Shown here in pieces: positions 46,495 through 55,320 of a stretch of DNA of 58,252 bases. Location of the stretch: IMG/VR virus record IMGVR_UViG_3300044802_000092, positions 1-58,252 of that record. One strand, 5' to 3'. The stretch comes from a virus (taxonomy: Duplodnaviria; Caudoviricetes). The notes under the pieces are model-generated. The model searched no databases. It saw only the letters and a program-made list of their open reading frames with translations, and was not told the origin of the DNA. Position 1 is the stretch's first letter. Each line of letters begins with the position of its first letter. The position numbers were made by a program, and so were the translations under genes.

Positions 46495-47564
46495 GTGTGT
46501 TAACTGACCTGTGTATCCCCGGTCGAGCATCGTTTATCGTCGGCGGGCAGTTTGGCAGTGAAGGAAAAGGGGCGGCGGCGGCGTTTTTGGCAACACGCCT
46601 AGCCACAGCCGGGATGAAATTCAACCTGCACACCACTAACGCCGGAGCGCAGGCTGGACATACTAGCATTCATATGGGGAAAACCCGAGTCACCAACTTC
46701 TTGCCTACCGCAGCAATTGTTGCGGCGGATCACGGTCCAGAGTTCCTGTCAACAATCTATCTCAACGCCGGGGCAATCATCAACCCAGACGCGTTGCTGG
46801 CAGAAGCGAGGGAGTTTATACCTCAATTTATGGATGGGAAGTTTTTTATTCACCCCAACGCCGCCGTTATTACCGAGGATTGTGTTGCGGTCGAAAGGAG
46901 TTCTACGTCTCCTGCAACAGCCATTTCTTCAACCCGCAAGGGGGTGGGTGAGGCCCTGGTCCGCAAGGTTTCCCGATGTGGGAATATTGCCAGCAATGTC
47001 GAAAGTTTGAAGCCGTTCATAGCAAACATAGACCTTAATCGGCAGCTGCGGGCCTGGACCTCCGTTTTAATTGAGGTCCCCCAGGGTCTGGGTTTGAGCC
47101 TAGATTCCCAGTTCTACCCCTACTGCACCAGCAGAAACTGTACGGTAGAAAAGGGGATGGACGACGCCCACATTCACCCCCACTTTTACGGGAACACCAT
47201 GCTCGTTCTTCGAACTTACCCCATCCGAGTTGGTAGTTTGGAAGGGCACTCTTCGGGAGGTTGTTACCCAGATCAGCGCGAAATATCCTGGGAGGAACTC
47301 GGTAGAAAGCCGGAATTGACTACAGTGACAAAGCGACAGCGGCGGGTCTTCACGTTTTCTATGACACAGGCCCGCGAGGCGATACGGCGGCTGCGCCCCA
47401 CCGTGATTTTTCTGACTTTTTGCGACTATCTGAAGGACAAGGTGGAGGCATATCGAATGGCTAAATCCTTGGCCCTTATGATTCAAACCGAGGGGCTGCC
47501 CGAGGCGGAAATCTATGGGGCATGGGGGCCAACAACCACGGACGTAACTGGGCTTGCTGTGTAA
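46491..47564 (+). CDS. purZ: Adenylosuccinate-synthetase homolog, PurZ0-like (2-aminoadenine biosynthesis)
   Basis: GGQFGSEGKG (Ser in place of the PurA catalytic Asp), QAGHT, YPYCTSR, TYPIRVG, ELTTVTKRxRR, LTFCD. Confidence 0.8.
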   Translation: MSVLTDLCIPGRASFIVGGQFGSEGKGAAAAFLATRLATAGMKFNLHTTNAGAQAGHTSIHMGKTRVTNFLPTAAIVAADHGPEFLSTIYLNAGAIINPDALLAEAREFIPQFMDGKFFIHPNAAVITEDCVAVERSSTSPATAISSTRKGVGEALVRKVSRCGNIASNVESLKPFIANIDLNRQLRAWTSVLIEVPQGLGLSLDSQFYPYCTSRNCTVEKGMDDAHIHPHFYGNTMLVLRTYPIRVGSLEGHSSGGCYPDQREISWEELGRKPELTTVTKRQRRVFTFSMTQAREAIRRLRPTVIFLTFCDYLKDKVEAYRMAKSLALMIQTEGLPEAEIYGAWGPTTTDVTGLAV

Positions 47565-47567
47565 GAC

Positions 47568-47617
47568 TTGACAAGAACGGGCTTGCGTGGTAGGGTGGAC
47601 GCTGTCTAAACTGTCAA
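47568..47617 (+). promoter_or_regulatory. Sigma70-like promoter plus AACTGTCAA box
   Basis: TTGACA-17-TAGGGT; box at 47609-47617. Confidence 0.65.
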
Positions 47618-47629
47618 CATAGGTGAACC

Positions 47630-47956
47630 ATGTCAGACATAGGGTACAATGTTCCCACCTTTACCATAACGACCGAAGTTCCCGAAAGTGTTATACATTA
47701 TCGGGAAGGACTACAAAAGTTCTTTGCCGGGATGGCCTTCAAGTTGCACGTAAATGCACACAAGCCTCCGCCGAAGATCGAAGAGCTTCCCACCCTGATG
47801 CTGCGCCTAATGGGCGAGGTGGGGGAGTTGATCGAACAGCTGATGAAAGACGACCGGAGCCCGAACGCCGCACATGAGGCGTTCGACACCGCCAATTTCG
47901 CGTTCTTGGTCTATTTGGCCCTGTTGACGCGGGATAACCCAGTCAAACTTCCATAA
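47630..47956 (+). CDS. MazG-like dNTP pyrophosphohydrolase, copy 1
   Basis: KLxVNxHK, LMGEVGEL, EAFDTANFA (ExxE...ExxD). Confidence 0.7.
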   Translation: MSDIGYNVPTFTITTEVPESVIHYREGLQKFFAGMAFKLHVNAHKPPPKIEELPTLMLRLMGEVGELIEQLMKDDRSPNAAHEAFDTANFAFLVYLALLTRDNPVKLP

Positions 47957-48024
47957 CTCTTTGGTGGGGGCGACGTTTCGCCCCTTCCCCTTTGTGTCGC
48001 TGATTTAACCAACGGAGTAGTTCT

Positions 48025-48381
48025 GTGTTGAATAAGACCCTCTCCCGGCCCTTAGCCGTCAACCTGCCTGTTTCAATCGAACACTACCGGCCCGAATTGG
48101 AGTCGTTTATAGCAGGCATGTTTCACAAACTTGCCGTGAACAGCCATAAGGATGCCCCCGCAAAACCCCAAATTCCAGAGTTGATGTTTCGAATGATGGG
48201 GGAAATCGGTGAACTGGTACAGCAAATACTTGCTGACAAATTTGATCCTAACTCCCTTCAAGAAGCCTTCGACGTTTCAAACTTCGCTTTCCTCACATAT
48301 TTGGCCCTGTTGAGGGACGGCGTAAAAGACCTCCGGACAACAGACCTCTTGCCAAACCTCCAAGCCAAGACGAGCACCTGA
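48025..48381 (+). CDS. MazG-like dNTP pyrophosphohydrolase, copy 2
   Basis: KLAVNSHK, MMGEIGEL, EAFDVSNFAFLTYLALL; clear paralog of previous gene. Confidence 0.7.
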   Translation: MLNKTLSRPLAVNLPVSIEHYRPELESFIAGMFHKLAVNSHKDAPAKPQIPELMFRMMGEIGELVQQILADKFDPNSLQEAFDVSNFAFLTYLALLRDGVKDLRTTDLLPNLQAKTST

Positions 48382-48445
48382 TGGCTGACCTTTTCGACAG
48401 CCACTAACCCTTTCATTCTTTCCCCTCACCCCGTAGGTTCCAACC

Positions 48446-50116
48446 ATGCCTTCTCTCAAACTTTCTGAACAACTCCATGCAGACAAATATAGGCAAACCG
48501 GCGAGACCTTTCGCAGCGCCTGTAGCCGGGTAGCCGATGCTCTCAAAGACGATGAGGGACACTATTTTGCGTTTCGGGAAATATTGAGGGAAGGCAGGTT
48601 TTCACCTCCCGGCCGAGTGTGGTCCGCCATCGGGGCGGCTAGAACTGCGACGGCCTACAACTGTTTTGTATCAAGGACCATCCCAGACAGCATAGCGGGA
48701 ATTATGGGGGCAGCCGTGGAGGCGGCCGAGACCCTCAGACTCGGTGGAGGCATTGGTTACGACTTTTCTACGCTGCGCCCTGCGGGGGAACGCATTGCCA
48801 GCCTGGATAGCAAGGCCAGCGGCCCAGTTTCGTTTATGGGTGTGTTCCATGCAGTGAATTCCACCATTCTCGGGGCAGGAAACCGCTCGGCTGCCCAAAT
48901 GGGGGTCTTGAGGGTGGGCCATCCAGACATTCTGGAGTTTGTACGGGCCAAACAGAACACCTCCGCTCTGTCCACCTTTAATCTGTCGGTAGCTGTAACA
49001 GATGCATTTATGGTGGCGGTAAAAGAAGACTTGCCGTTTCAGCTGACGTGGGGGGGCCGCACCTTCGGCACCGTTTCCGCCCGTAATCTGTGGGTGGAAA
49101 TCATGAGAGCCACTTGGGATTATGGGGAACCGGGAGTTTTGTTTATTGATACCATAAACAAAATGAACAACCTGTGGTACTGCGAGACGATCGATGCGAC
49201 TAATCCTTGCGGTGAACAGCCCTTGCCCTCGCACGGTGCGTGCCTCTTGGGAAGCTTCAACCTACCTGCCTACCTAGGATGGGCCAACAACACGTGGGTG
49301 TTCGATTTTACGCAGTTTAAAGCCGACATTCCCGTTGTAGTGCGCGCCATGGATAACGTGGTTGACCGTTCCCGATACCCCCTTCCTGAGCAGGAGAAAG
49401 AAGCTAAATCCAAGCGCCGAATGGGCCTCGGCGTGATGGGTTTAGCCAATGCGGTTGAAGCGTTGGGTCACCCTTACGGCTCTGAACTGTTCAAGGTTAT
49501 GACAGCTAGCATATTGACGGTTCTCCGGGATGGTTGCTATGACACCAGTACAGCCTTGGCTAAAGAAAAAGGTCCGTTCGAACTGTGGGATAAAGACAAC
49601 TATTGTAAGGGAGAGTTCATCCGGACACTTCCTCCGGAAATTCTTGAAAAGATGCGGGATTGCGGAATGAGGAACTCACATCTCCTTTCAATTGCCCCCA
49701 CCGGCTCAATCAGCCTAGTGAGCGATAATATATCTAGCGGCATCGAGCCGGTGTATGCGCTGGTCCAACGCCGAAAGGTGCGCATGGTAGAAGGCACAGT
49801 CTCGGCAGAGGTGGTGGACTATGGTAAGGCTCGGCTGGGAGTTGAGGGCAAGACGGCCGATCAATGTACTCTCGACGACCACTTGGGGGTGCTATTATTA
49901 GCACAAAAGTACACCGACAGCGCCATATCCAAGACAATAAATGTGGGGGACGACATAGGTTGGGAGGAATTCCAAAATGTGTACATGCGGGCTTGGGAAG
50001 GTGGCGCGAAGGGATGCACCACGTTCAGGGCCGCTGGAAAACGTGAAGGCATTATCAAAGACGCCGGAACGCCTGAACCCAAGAGTTGTGCAATAGATGG
50101 AAGTTGTGCGGACTGA
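48446..50116 (+). CDS. nrdJ: Ribonucleotide reductase, class II (B12-dependent) type
   Basis: NCFV, TNPCGEQPL, CLLGS, SIAPTG, AISKT; no small subunit gene nearby. Confidence 0.85.
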   Translation: MPSLKLSEQLHADKYRQTGETFRSACSRVADALKDDEGHYFAFREILREGRFSPPGRVWSAIGAARTATAYNCFVSRTIPDSIAGIMGAAVEAAETLRLGGGIGYDFSTLRPAGERIASLDSKASGPVSFMGVFHAVNSTILGAGNRSAAQMGVLRVGHPDILEFVRAKQNTSALSTFNLSVAVTDAFMVAVKEDLPFQLTWGGRTFGTVSARNLWVEIMRATWDYGEPGVLFIDTINKMNNLWYCETIDATNPCGEQPLPSHGACLLGSFNLPAYLGWANNTWVFDFTQFKADIPVVVRAMDNVVDRSRYPLPEQEKEAKSKRRMGLGVMGLANAVEALGHPYGSELFKVMTASILTVLRDGCYDTSTALAKEKGPFELWDKDNYCKGEFIRTLPPEILEKMRDCGMRNSHLLSIAPTGSISLVSDNISSGIEPVYALVQRRKVRMVEGTVSAEVVDYGKARLGVEGKTADQCTLDDHLGVLLLAQKYTDSAISKTINVGDDIGWEEFQNVYMRAWEGGAKGCTTFRAAGKREGIIKDAGTPEPKSCAIDGSCAD

Positions 50117-51527
50117 CATGGCCGACTGGCAGAAGTGGAACCTGAGACACCGAAAGTACGGCCCGCTTCCGTGGGCCGTACAAGCCGAAGCCATGCGGCA
50201 AGCCAACGGCCGGAAAAAATATGGGTTCTGGCTGGAACAGGGCCTAGGGAAAACCCCCCTCGCTCTCAACGAATGGATAAACTCTGGGGTGGACACCCTG
50301 GTGGTGGTCGCCCCTCAATCCTTCAAGATTGACTGGACACAGGCGCCCGCCGAGTGGGGGTTGGAAGGTGTACATACCGGGTATTGGCCGAAGCACCCAT
50401 TACCGAAGCCGGGCCAGCGCAGCGTCTATGCTATCAACTATGAGGCTATCCGATCCAGCGGATTTGAGGCGATATCCGCGCTGATGTCCCGGCAATCCTG
50501 TTTCCTGGTGTTCGACGAAACGAGCAGTATTTCCAATTTCCTATCTCAAACTTCCAATGCAGCTATCCGGCTGGCTCAATATGCGAAGTTCGTGAGGGGG
50601 TTGAACGGGACGCCGATTACCCGCAATGCCTCAGACTTATGGGCACAGCTGCGTGTTCTGGGGGCGCTGAATGGGTATAACGCCTATGCGTTTAAGACCA
50701 AATATTGTAAAATGGGCGGATTCATGGGGCGCCAGGTAGTCGGCATTCAATATGAAGACCAACTATCCGAAATAGTCAATAAGTACGCATTTAGGGCACT
50801 TAAAACCGACTGGCGGGCCGACCTTCCCCTTCAAATATTCCACGCCCCTGTAATGATTGAAATGACTAAACATCAAAAACAGTTATATAACCGAATGTTG
50901 GAGGAGTTTGGAATTGAGGTAAACGGCCGTGAAATCAGTGTTAGTCTAATCCTAAACCGGGCGGCGAAACTTCAGCAGCTGGCTTCGGGAATTATTACAG
51001 ACGGCAGTGTTACCGAGGTTGTCGTCCCATACAAACAAAACCCGAAAATCCATGCGGTGCGGACCATCCACGATTCTGGTCCTAATAAAACCCTTGTCAC
51101 ATATACCTATCGGGAGTCTGGGAGCCAGCTTTTTGCTGCGGCAACGGAATGGGGCTTAAACCCTGCGTGGTTTAAGGGGGGACTAACCAGCGAAGAACAG
51201 TCCAAAGAGAAGCGCCGGTTCAATGAAGACCCCGAGTGCCGGATGTTAATCGGGCAACAGTCAGCGTGCTGCATGGGTCACACACTGTTGGGTGGTGAGG
51301 GGGATGACCGCTGTTGCCGCACGATTTTCTATGAAAACAGCTATAGCCTGCGTGACCGGCTCCAAATGCAGGATAGAATACATCGGGGCGAGGCGGACTT
51401 GCCCTGCAGCTACTTCGACCTTTGCGCCGCACCCATCGATTTGATCCCGATATCGGCACTGAGGGCGAAGAAACAGGTAGCTGATCTTGTCGATGAAATG
51501 GTAGTAGCTTTACAACAGCGCGTATGA
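50097..51527 (+). CDS. SNF2-family helicase
   Basis: EQGLGKT, INYE, FDETS, LNGTP, DLWAQL, QMQDRIHR. Confidence 0.85.
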   Translation: MEVVRTDMADWQKWNLRHRKYGPLPWAVQAEAMRQANGRKKYGFWLEQGLGKTPLALNEWINSGVDTLVVVAPQSFKIDWTQAPAEWGLEGVHTGYWPKHPLPKPGQRSVYAINYEAIRSSGFEAISALMSRQSCFLVFDETSSISNFLSQTSNAAIRLAQYAKFVRGLNGTPITRNASDLWAQLRVLGALNGYNAYAFKTKYCKMGGFMGRQVVGIQYEDQLSEIVNKYAFRALKTDWRADLPLQIFHAPVMIEMTKHQKQLYNRMLEEFGIEVNGREISVSLILNRAAKLQQLASGIITDGSVTEVVVPYKQNPKIHAVRTIHDSGPNKTLVTYTYRESGSQLFAAATEWGLNPAWFKGGLTSEEQSKEKRRFNEDPECRMLIGQQSACCMGHTLLGGEGDDRCCRTIFYENSYSLRDRLQMQDRIHRGEADLPCSYFDLCAAPIDLIPISALRAKKQVADLVDEMVVALQQRV

Positions 51528-52102
51528 AAGAGGGGAAACCGATGACAGATTTTATTGACAGTGAAGGGACAGTAAGGACATACCCAGTCCCGGCCCGTAA
51601 TTATCTCAAGTTTGACGAGGCTCTAGAAATACTTCGTATTGCCGCGTTGAAAAGGGACAACGAACTGCAAAGTCTTAAACAGCCTTACACCGAAGTAGCA
51701 AAATATCTGGAGGAGCAGAATTTCCCACATGAAGTGCGGTTGTCAATATCTCCTAAACGCATTTATGCCGTAATAACAGGCATGCCTTCGGATGTTATGG
51801 GTTTCTACGAAGGCCTAGCTACAGGGTTGGGTAGAAGGTTACTAGAAAAAGCCATACATAGAGACGGGGTGCCTAGCGTGGCGCGGGGGGGTTACTCCGA
51901 GTCACTGAGCTGGACATGGGAGAGGTGTGGGGCGAATTCACATACAACGATAGGTCTAATTGTTACTTTTCCAAGAAATGGTATATCCGACGCCTTAATG
52001 TTGCCCGTGCCCCGAGTACATACAGACTATGAGTATAAGTTCATGTTGCGAGAGCAATATAACACCCTGACAGACAAAGACGAAGGGGGCGTGACAGCCT
52101 GA
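51524..52102 (+). CDS. Hypothetical protein
   Basis: 192-aa in-operon ORF. Confidence 0.65.
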   Translation: MKEGKPMTDFIDSEGTVRTYPVPARNYLKFDEALEILRIAALKRDNELQSLKQPYTEVAKYLEEQNFPHEVRLSISPKRIYAVITGMPSDVMGFYEGLATGLGRRLLEKAIHRDGVPSVARGGYSESLSWTWERCGANSHTTIGLIVTFPRNGISDALMLPVPRVHTDYEYKFMLREQYNTLTDKDEGGVTA

Positions 52103-52103
52103 C

Positions 52104-52132
52104 TTGACAAGTGCCTTCGCCTGTGCTAAGGT
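52104..52132 (+). promoter_or_regulatory. Sigma70-like promoter
   Basis: TTGACA-17 nt (ending TGTGC)-TAAGGT. Confidence 0.6.
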
Positions 52133-52169
52133 GGGCTACAGATCAGCGTGCGACCAAAGGAGAATTACC

Positions 52170-52424
52170 ATGCTGAAGACCTTGATAGACTGGGGCCGGA
52201 CATGGTTTGACCGGTCATACACCCACACCGAAGAAGAACATCTAGTGGAGTTATGGCTAGGGCGGGGGTGGATAATTGCGGGCGTTTACTCCTCTATCCT
52301 TGAGGCAACGGCGGCGTTTAAGCGGCTGGCGGCGAAAAATCCTGGGGACAGACTTAGAATAAGCAGCACCAAAGTGGTATACCGGGTGCTGCATGTGGAA
52401 AAACATGAATATAGGATGGCGTAA
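52170..52424 (+). CDS. Hypothetical protein
   Basis: AAGGAG RBS, ATG 52170; stop overlaps next start. Confidence 0.65.
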   Translation: MLKTLIDWGRTWFDRSYTHTEEEHLVELWLGRGWIIAGVYSSILEATAAFKRLAAKNPGDRLRISSTKVVYRVLHVEKHEYRMA

Positions 52425-53962
52425 TGTCACGGCCCGTGTGGAGTCCCCAGCAGCTAGCAATCTTTGACTGGGTAAAGAAAGGTAGGGGCAACGCCTTTGT
52501 GGAGGCGGTGGCGGGGGCGGGAAAGACCACCACGTTGGTAGAGGTGTGTGCGTTGTTGCAAGGGCAAAGCGCGGCTTTTGCGGCGTTCAACAAAAACATT
52601 GCTGACGAAATCGGTGAACGCGTGCGGGCGCGGGGATGTTCAAGGGTGTTCACTGGCACTTTTCATAAGTTTGGGTTGGCCATTTGGCGCGGCACCTATC
52701 CGAAAGTCCAAGCCGGACCGGAAGCGGCCAAAGAAAAATCAAAGCTAGTCAACACCAAACTAAACACCCCCAAAAATCTTGTGTCCGTACTTGACAACCT
52801 AGTGGGCCAGGCCAAGCAGCGCGGCATAGGGACTCCGGGGCTGCCAATTGAGGATGCCGCATTGTGGCTGGCCATAATCGAGCATTTCGGGATAGATGAG
52901 GACCTTCCCGCATCTGTAAACGTAGACACCGTAATAGAAAGGGCCATGGCCGCCCTCAGACTGCACGTTGAAATGAAAGAATTGTTAGATTTCAACGATA
53001 TGGTATATATGCCCGTGCATGACGATATGCGGGGATTTCAAAACGATTGGCTGATGGTCGACGAGTGTCAAGACCTTAACGGATCGCGGCGCATGCTAGC
53101 TCGTCAGATGTTGCGTCCGGGGGGCCGGGCGATATTCGTTGGAGATAGATTTCAGGCGATTTTTGGGTTCAACGGAGCCGACGCCGACGCGGTCAACCAG
53201 CTTACTGCAGATTTTAATTGCGCCCGGCTGCCTCTCACCATTACTTACCGCTGCCCGAAAAAGGTCGTGGAGCAGGCCCAGGCGTACGTCCCTCACATTG
53301 AGGCCGCCAAATCCGCCCCTGAGGGAAAGGTGTCAGTTATCTCTCAGGCTGAACTATATAAGACTCAATTCGTCCCTGGGGAAGACGCCGTTCTTTGCCG
53401 CAATACGCGGCCCCTGGTGCGATTGGCTTATATTCTCATCGGGCGAGGGGTGCCCGCTTATGTTGAGGGAAGGGACATTGGTAAAGGTCTGCTAAAACTT
53501 GTCGCTAGGTTCGACCAGCCCTCATCCCTCAACGCAATGCTGGTCCGTCTAAGTGCATATTTAAGCCAGGAAACGGTAAAATTGCGGGCCGCAAATAAAG
53601 AAATGCAGGCCGCAGCGTTGGAAGACCGCGTGGAAACCCTTGAGGCAATCGCAGAAGAGTGTACCACAGTCGGGGGCCTCAAGGATCGCATTACCTCTTT
53701 GTTTGAGGATGGAGACCGGGCTTTGGGCCAGCGGCCGGTGCTTTCGACCGTACACAAGGCAAAGGGCCGCGAATGGTCGCGGGTGTTCGTGTTAGGTTAC
53801 GATCTATATATGCCGAGTTGTTACGCAACTAAAGACTGGGAAAAAGAGCAGGAAAACAACCTCGTATATGTAGCGTACACACGAGCTAAACGGGAACTGG
53901 TACTGGTAGAGGGGGAGAGGAAAAATGGTCACGGGGAAAATCTACGGAAAGTCAACCATTAA
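52424..53962 (+). CDS. UvrD/Rep-family SF1 helicase
   Basis: AVAGAGKTT, VDECQD, VGDxxQAIFGFxGA, STVHKAKGRE, YVAYTRA. Confidence 0.9.
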   Translation: MSRPVWSPQQLAIFDWVKKGRGNAFVEAVAGAGKTTTLVEVCALLQGQSAAFAAFNKNIADEIGERVRARGCSRVFTGTFHKFGLAIWRGTYPKVQAGPEAAKEKSKLVNTKLNTPKNLVSVLDNLVGQAKQRGIGTPGLPIEDAALWLAIIEHFGIDEDLPASVNVDTVIERAMAALRLHVEMKELLDFNDMVYMPVHDDMRGFQNDWLMVDECQDLNGSRRMLARQMLRPGGRAIFVGDRFQAIFGFNGADADAVNQLTADFNCARLPLTITYRCPKKVVEQAQAYVPHIEAAKSAPEGKVSVISQAELYKTQFVPGEDAVLCRNTRPLVRLAYILIGRGVPAYVEGRDIGKGLLKLVARFDQPSSLNAMLVRLSAYLSQETVKLRAANKEMQAAALEDRVETLEAIAEECTTVGGLKDRITSLFEDGDRALGQRPVLSTVHKAKGREWSRVFVLGYDLYMPSCYATKDWEKEQENNLVYVAYTRAKRELVLVEGERKNGHGENLRKVNH

Positions 53963-54140
53963 ATTGGTGCAGCGATGGAGGCGAAACGACGAAATATACG
54001 GTGAGTATCTGAGGGGCCGCACCCATAGGCAGTTGGCGGCGAAGTTTCGACTTTCGCGAAGCCGCATCGTCCAAATCATACAGGGGGAAGAATTAAATGG
54101 AAGAGGCACCCAAACTGAGCCTGGACGGGTACCTGACTGA
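53925..54140 (+). CDS. Small HTH protein (Mor-like)
   Basis: RNDEI...GRTHRQLAAKFRLSRSRIVQII. Confidence 0.65.
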   Translation: MVTGKIYGKSTIKLVQRWRRNDEIYGEYLRGRTHRQLAAKFRLSRSRIVQIIQGEELNGRGTQTEPGRVPD

Positions 54141-54354
54141 AGCCGAGCTATATCACATTTTAAAGCGGCGGCTAAAACCCCGCGAGGTATATTTAGCCGC
54201 CCGTGAACTGGGAATCAGCAGCTGCGTGTTGCATAGGATGTACAAACGTCAAATGGGAATATCGGTACGGGTGGCATGGTGGCTTGGGTACCGGTGTTTT
54301 AGGCCCATACCCAAGTTGAAAATCTACGTGCCTGTGCCGAAGGACGAGCTATGA
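54097..54354 (+). CDS. Small putative DNA-binding protein
   Basis: AARELGISS HTH-like segment. Confidence 0.55.
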   Translation: MEEAPKLSLDGYLTEAELYHILKRRLKPREVYLAARELGISSCVLHRMYKRQMGISVRVAWWLGYRCFRPIPKLKIYVPVPKDEL

Positions 54355-54652
54355 CCTATGAGTGCTATTGTGATGGGGACCTCCCGGGTGTTTCCAAACC
54401 TACTGCACCTGCCGCCGATGTCTGGATCTGAGGAATTGGGCGAAAATTTCCGCGCCTTGTTTCTGTTGGGCCTACGGTGATCTGCATGACGCGGTACGGG
54501 AACTGGTGGCGCAGGTTGCGCCGGACGTGCCAGGGGTCGCGCAAGAATGGGAGGCACTAATGATGGAAATCCGAAGGGCTAAAAACGTACCCAAAGCAAT
54601 ATGCGACACCGTGTCACATCAAGCGGTGTTTCCGAACAAAGCAAATACTTGA
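54351..54652 (+). pseudogene. Frameshifted Cys-rich (zinc-binding) phage gene
   Basis: MTYECYCDGDLPG continues in another frame as FQTYCTCRRCLDLRNW...CFCWAYG. Confidence 0.5.
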
Positions 54653-54677
54653 CAAACCCGGTCAAGTATGATAAAAT
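54647..54677 (+). promoter_or_regulatory. Strong early promoter with overlapping inverted repeat
   Basis: TTGACA-17-TAAAAT; TACTTGAC-N7-GTCAAGTA palindrome over the -35. Confidence 0.75.
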
Positions 54678-54781
54678 TAAAACATAGATAGGGCGGCGAG
54701 GGGAGCGGGGCAGGAGCCCACAAACCAGACCGGGAAGCCCAGGGTGAAACAGTCGAGCTGACCTCACCAGAAAACAACCAA

Positions 54782-54828
54782 TGTCGTGGGATGGGCGTCC
54801 CACCTGATGAGCCGAAAACGGCGAAACA
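54782..54828 (+). ncRNA. Hammerhead ribozyme (type III topology)
   Basis: GUC, stem I GUGGGAU/GUCCCAC, CUGAUGA, stem II GCCG-AAAA-CGGC, GAAA, 3-bp stem III. Confidence 0.75.
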
Positions 54829-54852
54829 AACTGTCAAACATAGGAAACTAAC

Positions 54853-55041
54853 ATGACTAACTACATCGTCACAATGCGCTTCCAGTTCCCCGCGTGGGAC
54901 GAAAAAGACGGTATCGAATTCGAGGTGTCGGCTGCCAATAAGCGTGAGGCTAATGCAAAAGGCCGCCGCCAAGCGAAAGATGCCGGCCATGCGAGAGCAA
55001 ACCGCGGCCTCTACTGGTTCAAAGCAACTGAGGCGCGCTAA
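54853..55041 (+). CDS. Small early protein
   Basis: ATAGGA RBS; MTNYIVTMRFQFPAWDE. Confidence 0.7.
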   Translation: MTNYIVTMRFQFPAWDEKDGIEFEVSAANKREANAKGRRQAKDAGHARANRGLYWFKATEAR

Positions 55042-55219
55042 GCGCCTCACCCCAAGAAAGGCAATGCGAGAGCAAACCGCGGCCTCTACTGGTTCAAAGC
55101 AACTGAGGCGCGCTAAGCGCCTCACCCCAAGAAAGGCAATGCGAGAGCAAACCGCGGCCTCTACTGGTTCAAAGCAACCGAGGCGCGCTAAGCGCCTCAC
55201 CCCAAGAAAGGCAATGCGA
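54989..55219. repeat. 75-bp tandem triplication
   Basis: Units start at 54989, 55064, 55139; one SNP in unit 3; bounded by ATGCGA. Confidence 0.92.
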
Positions 55220-55253
55220 ATGTACAAATGGATTGGATCTCACCGAAAAACAC

Positions 55254-55298
55254 TGTAGTAGGATGTATGTCCTACCTGATGAGCTGAAAATAGAAAGT
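55254..55298 (+). ncRNA. Degenerate hammerhead ribozyme copy
   Basis: GUA, stem I GUAGGAU/GUCCUAC, CUGAUGA; stem II and stem III damaged. Confidence 0.5.
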
Positions 55299-55320
55299 AA
55301 ACTGTCAAAAGGAACTGAAC

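Noticed and set aside
46491-47564. Ordinary host-like purA auxiliary gene
   Set aside because: GSEGKG instead of GDEGKG and a dNTP-hydrolase/polymerase neighbourhood favour the PurZ family, though not proven
54989-55219. 75-bp repeats as a CRISPR array
   Set aside because: Whole units are identical with no variable spacer; simple tandem duplication
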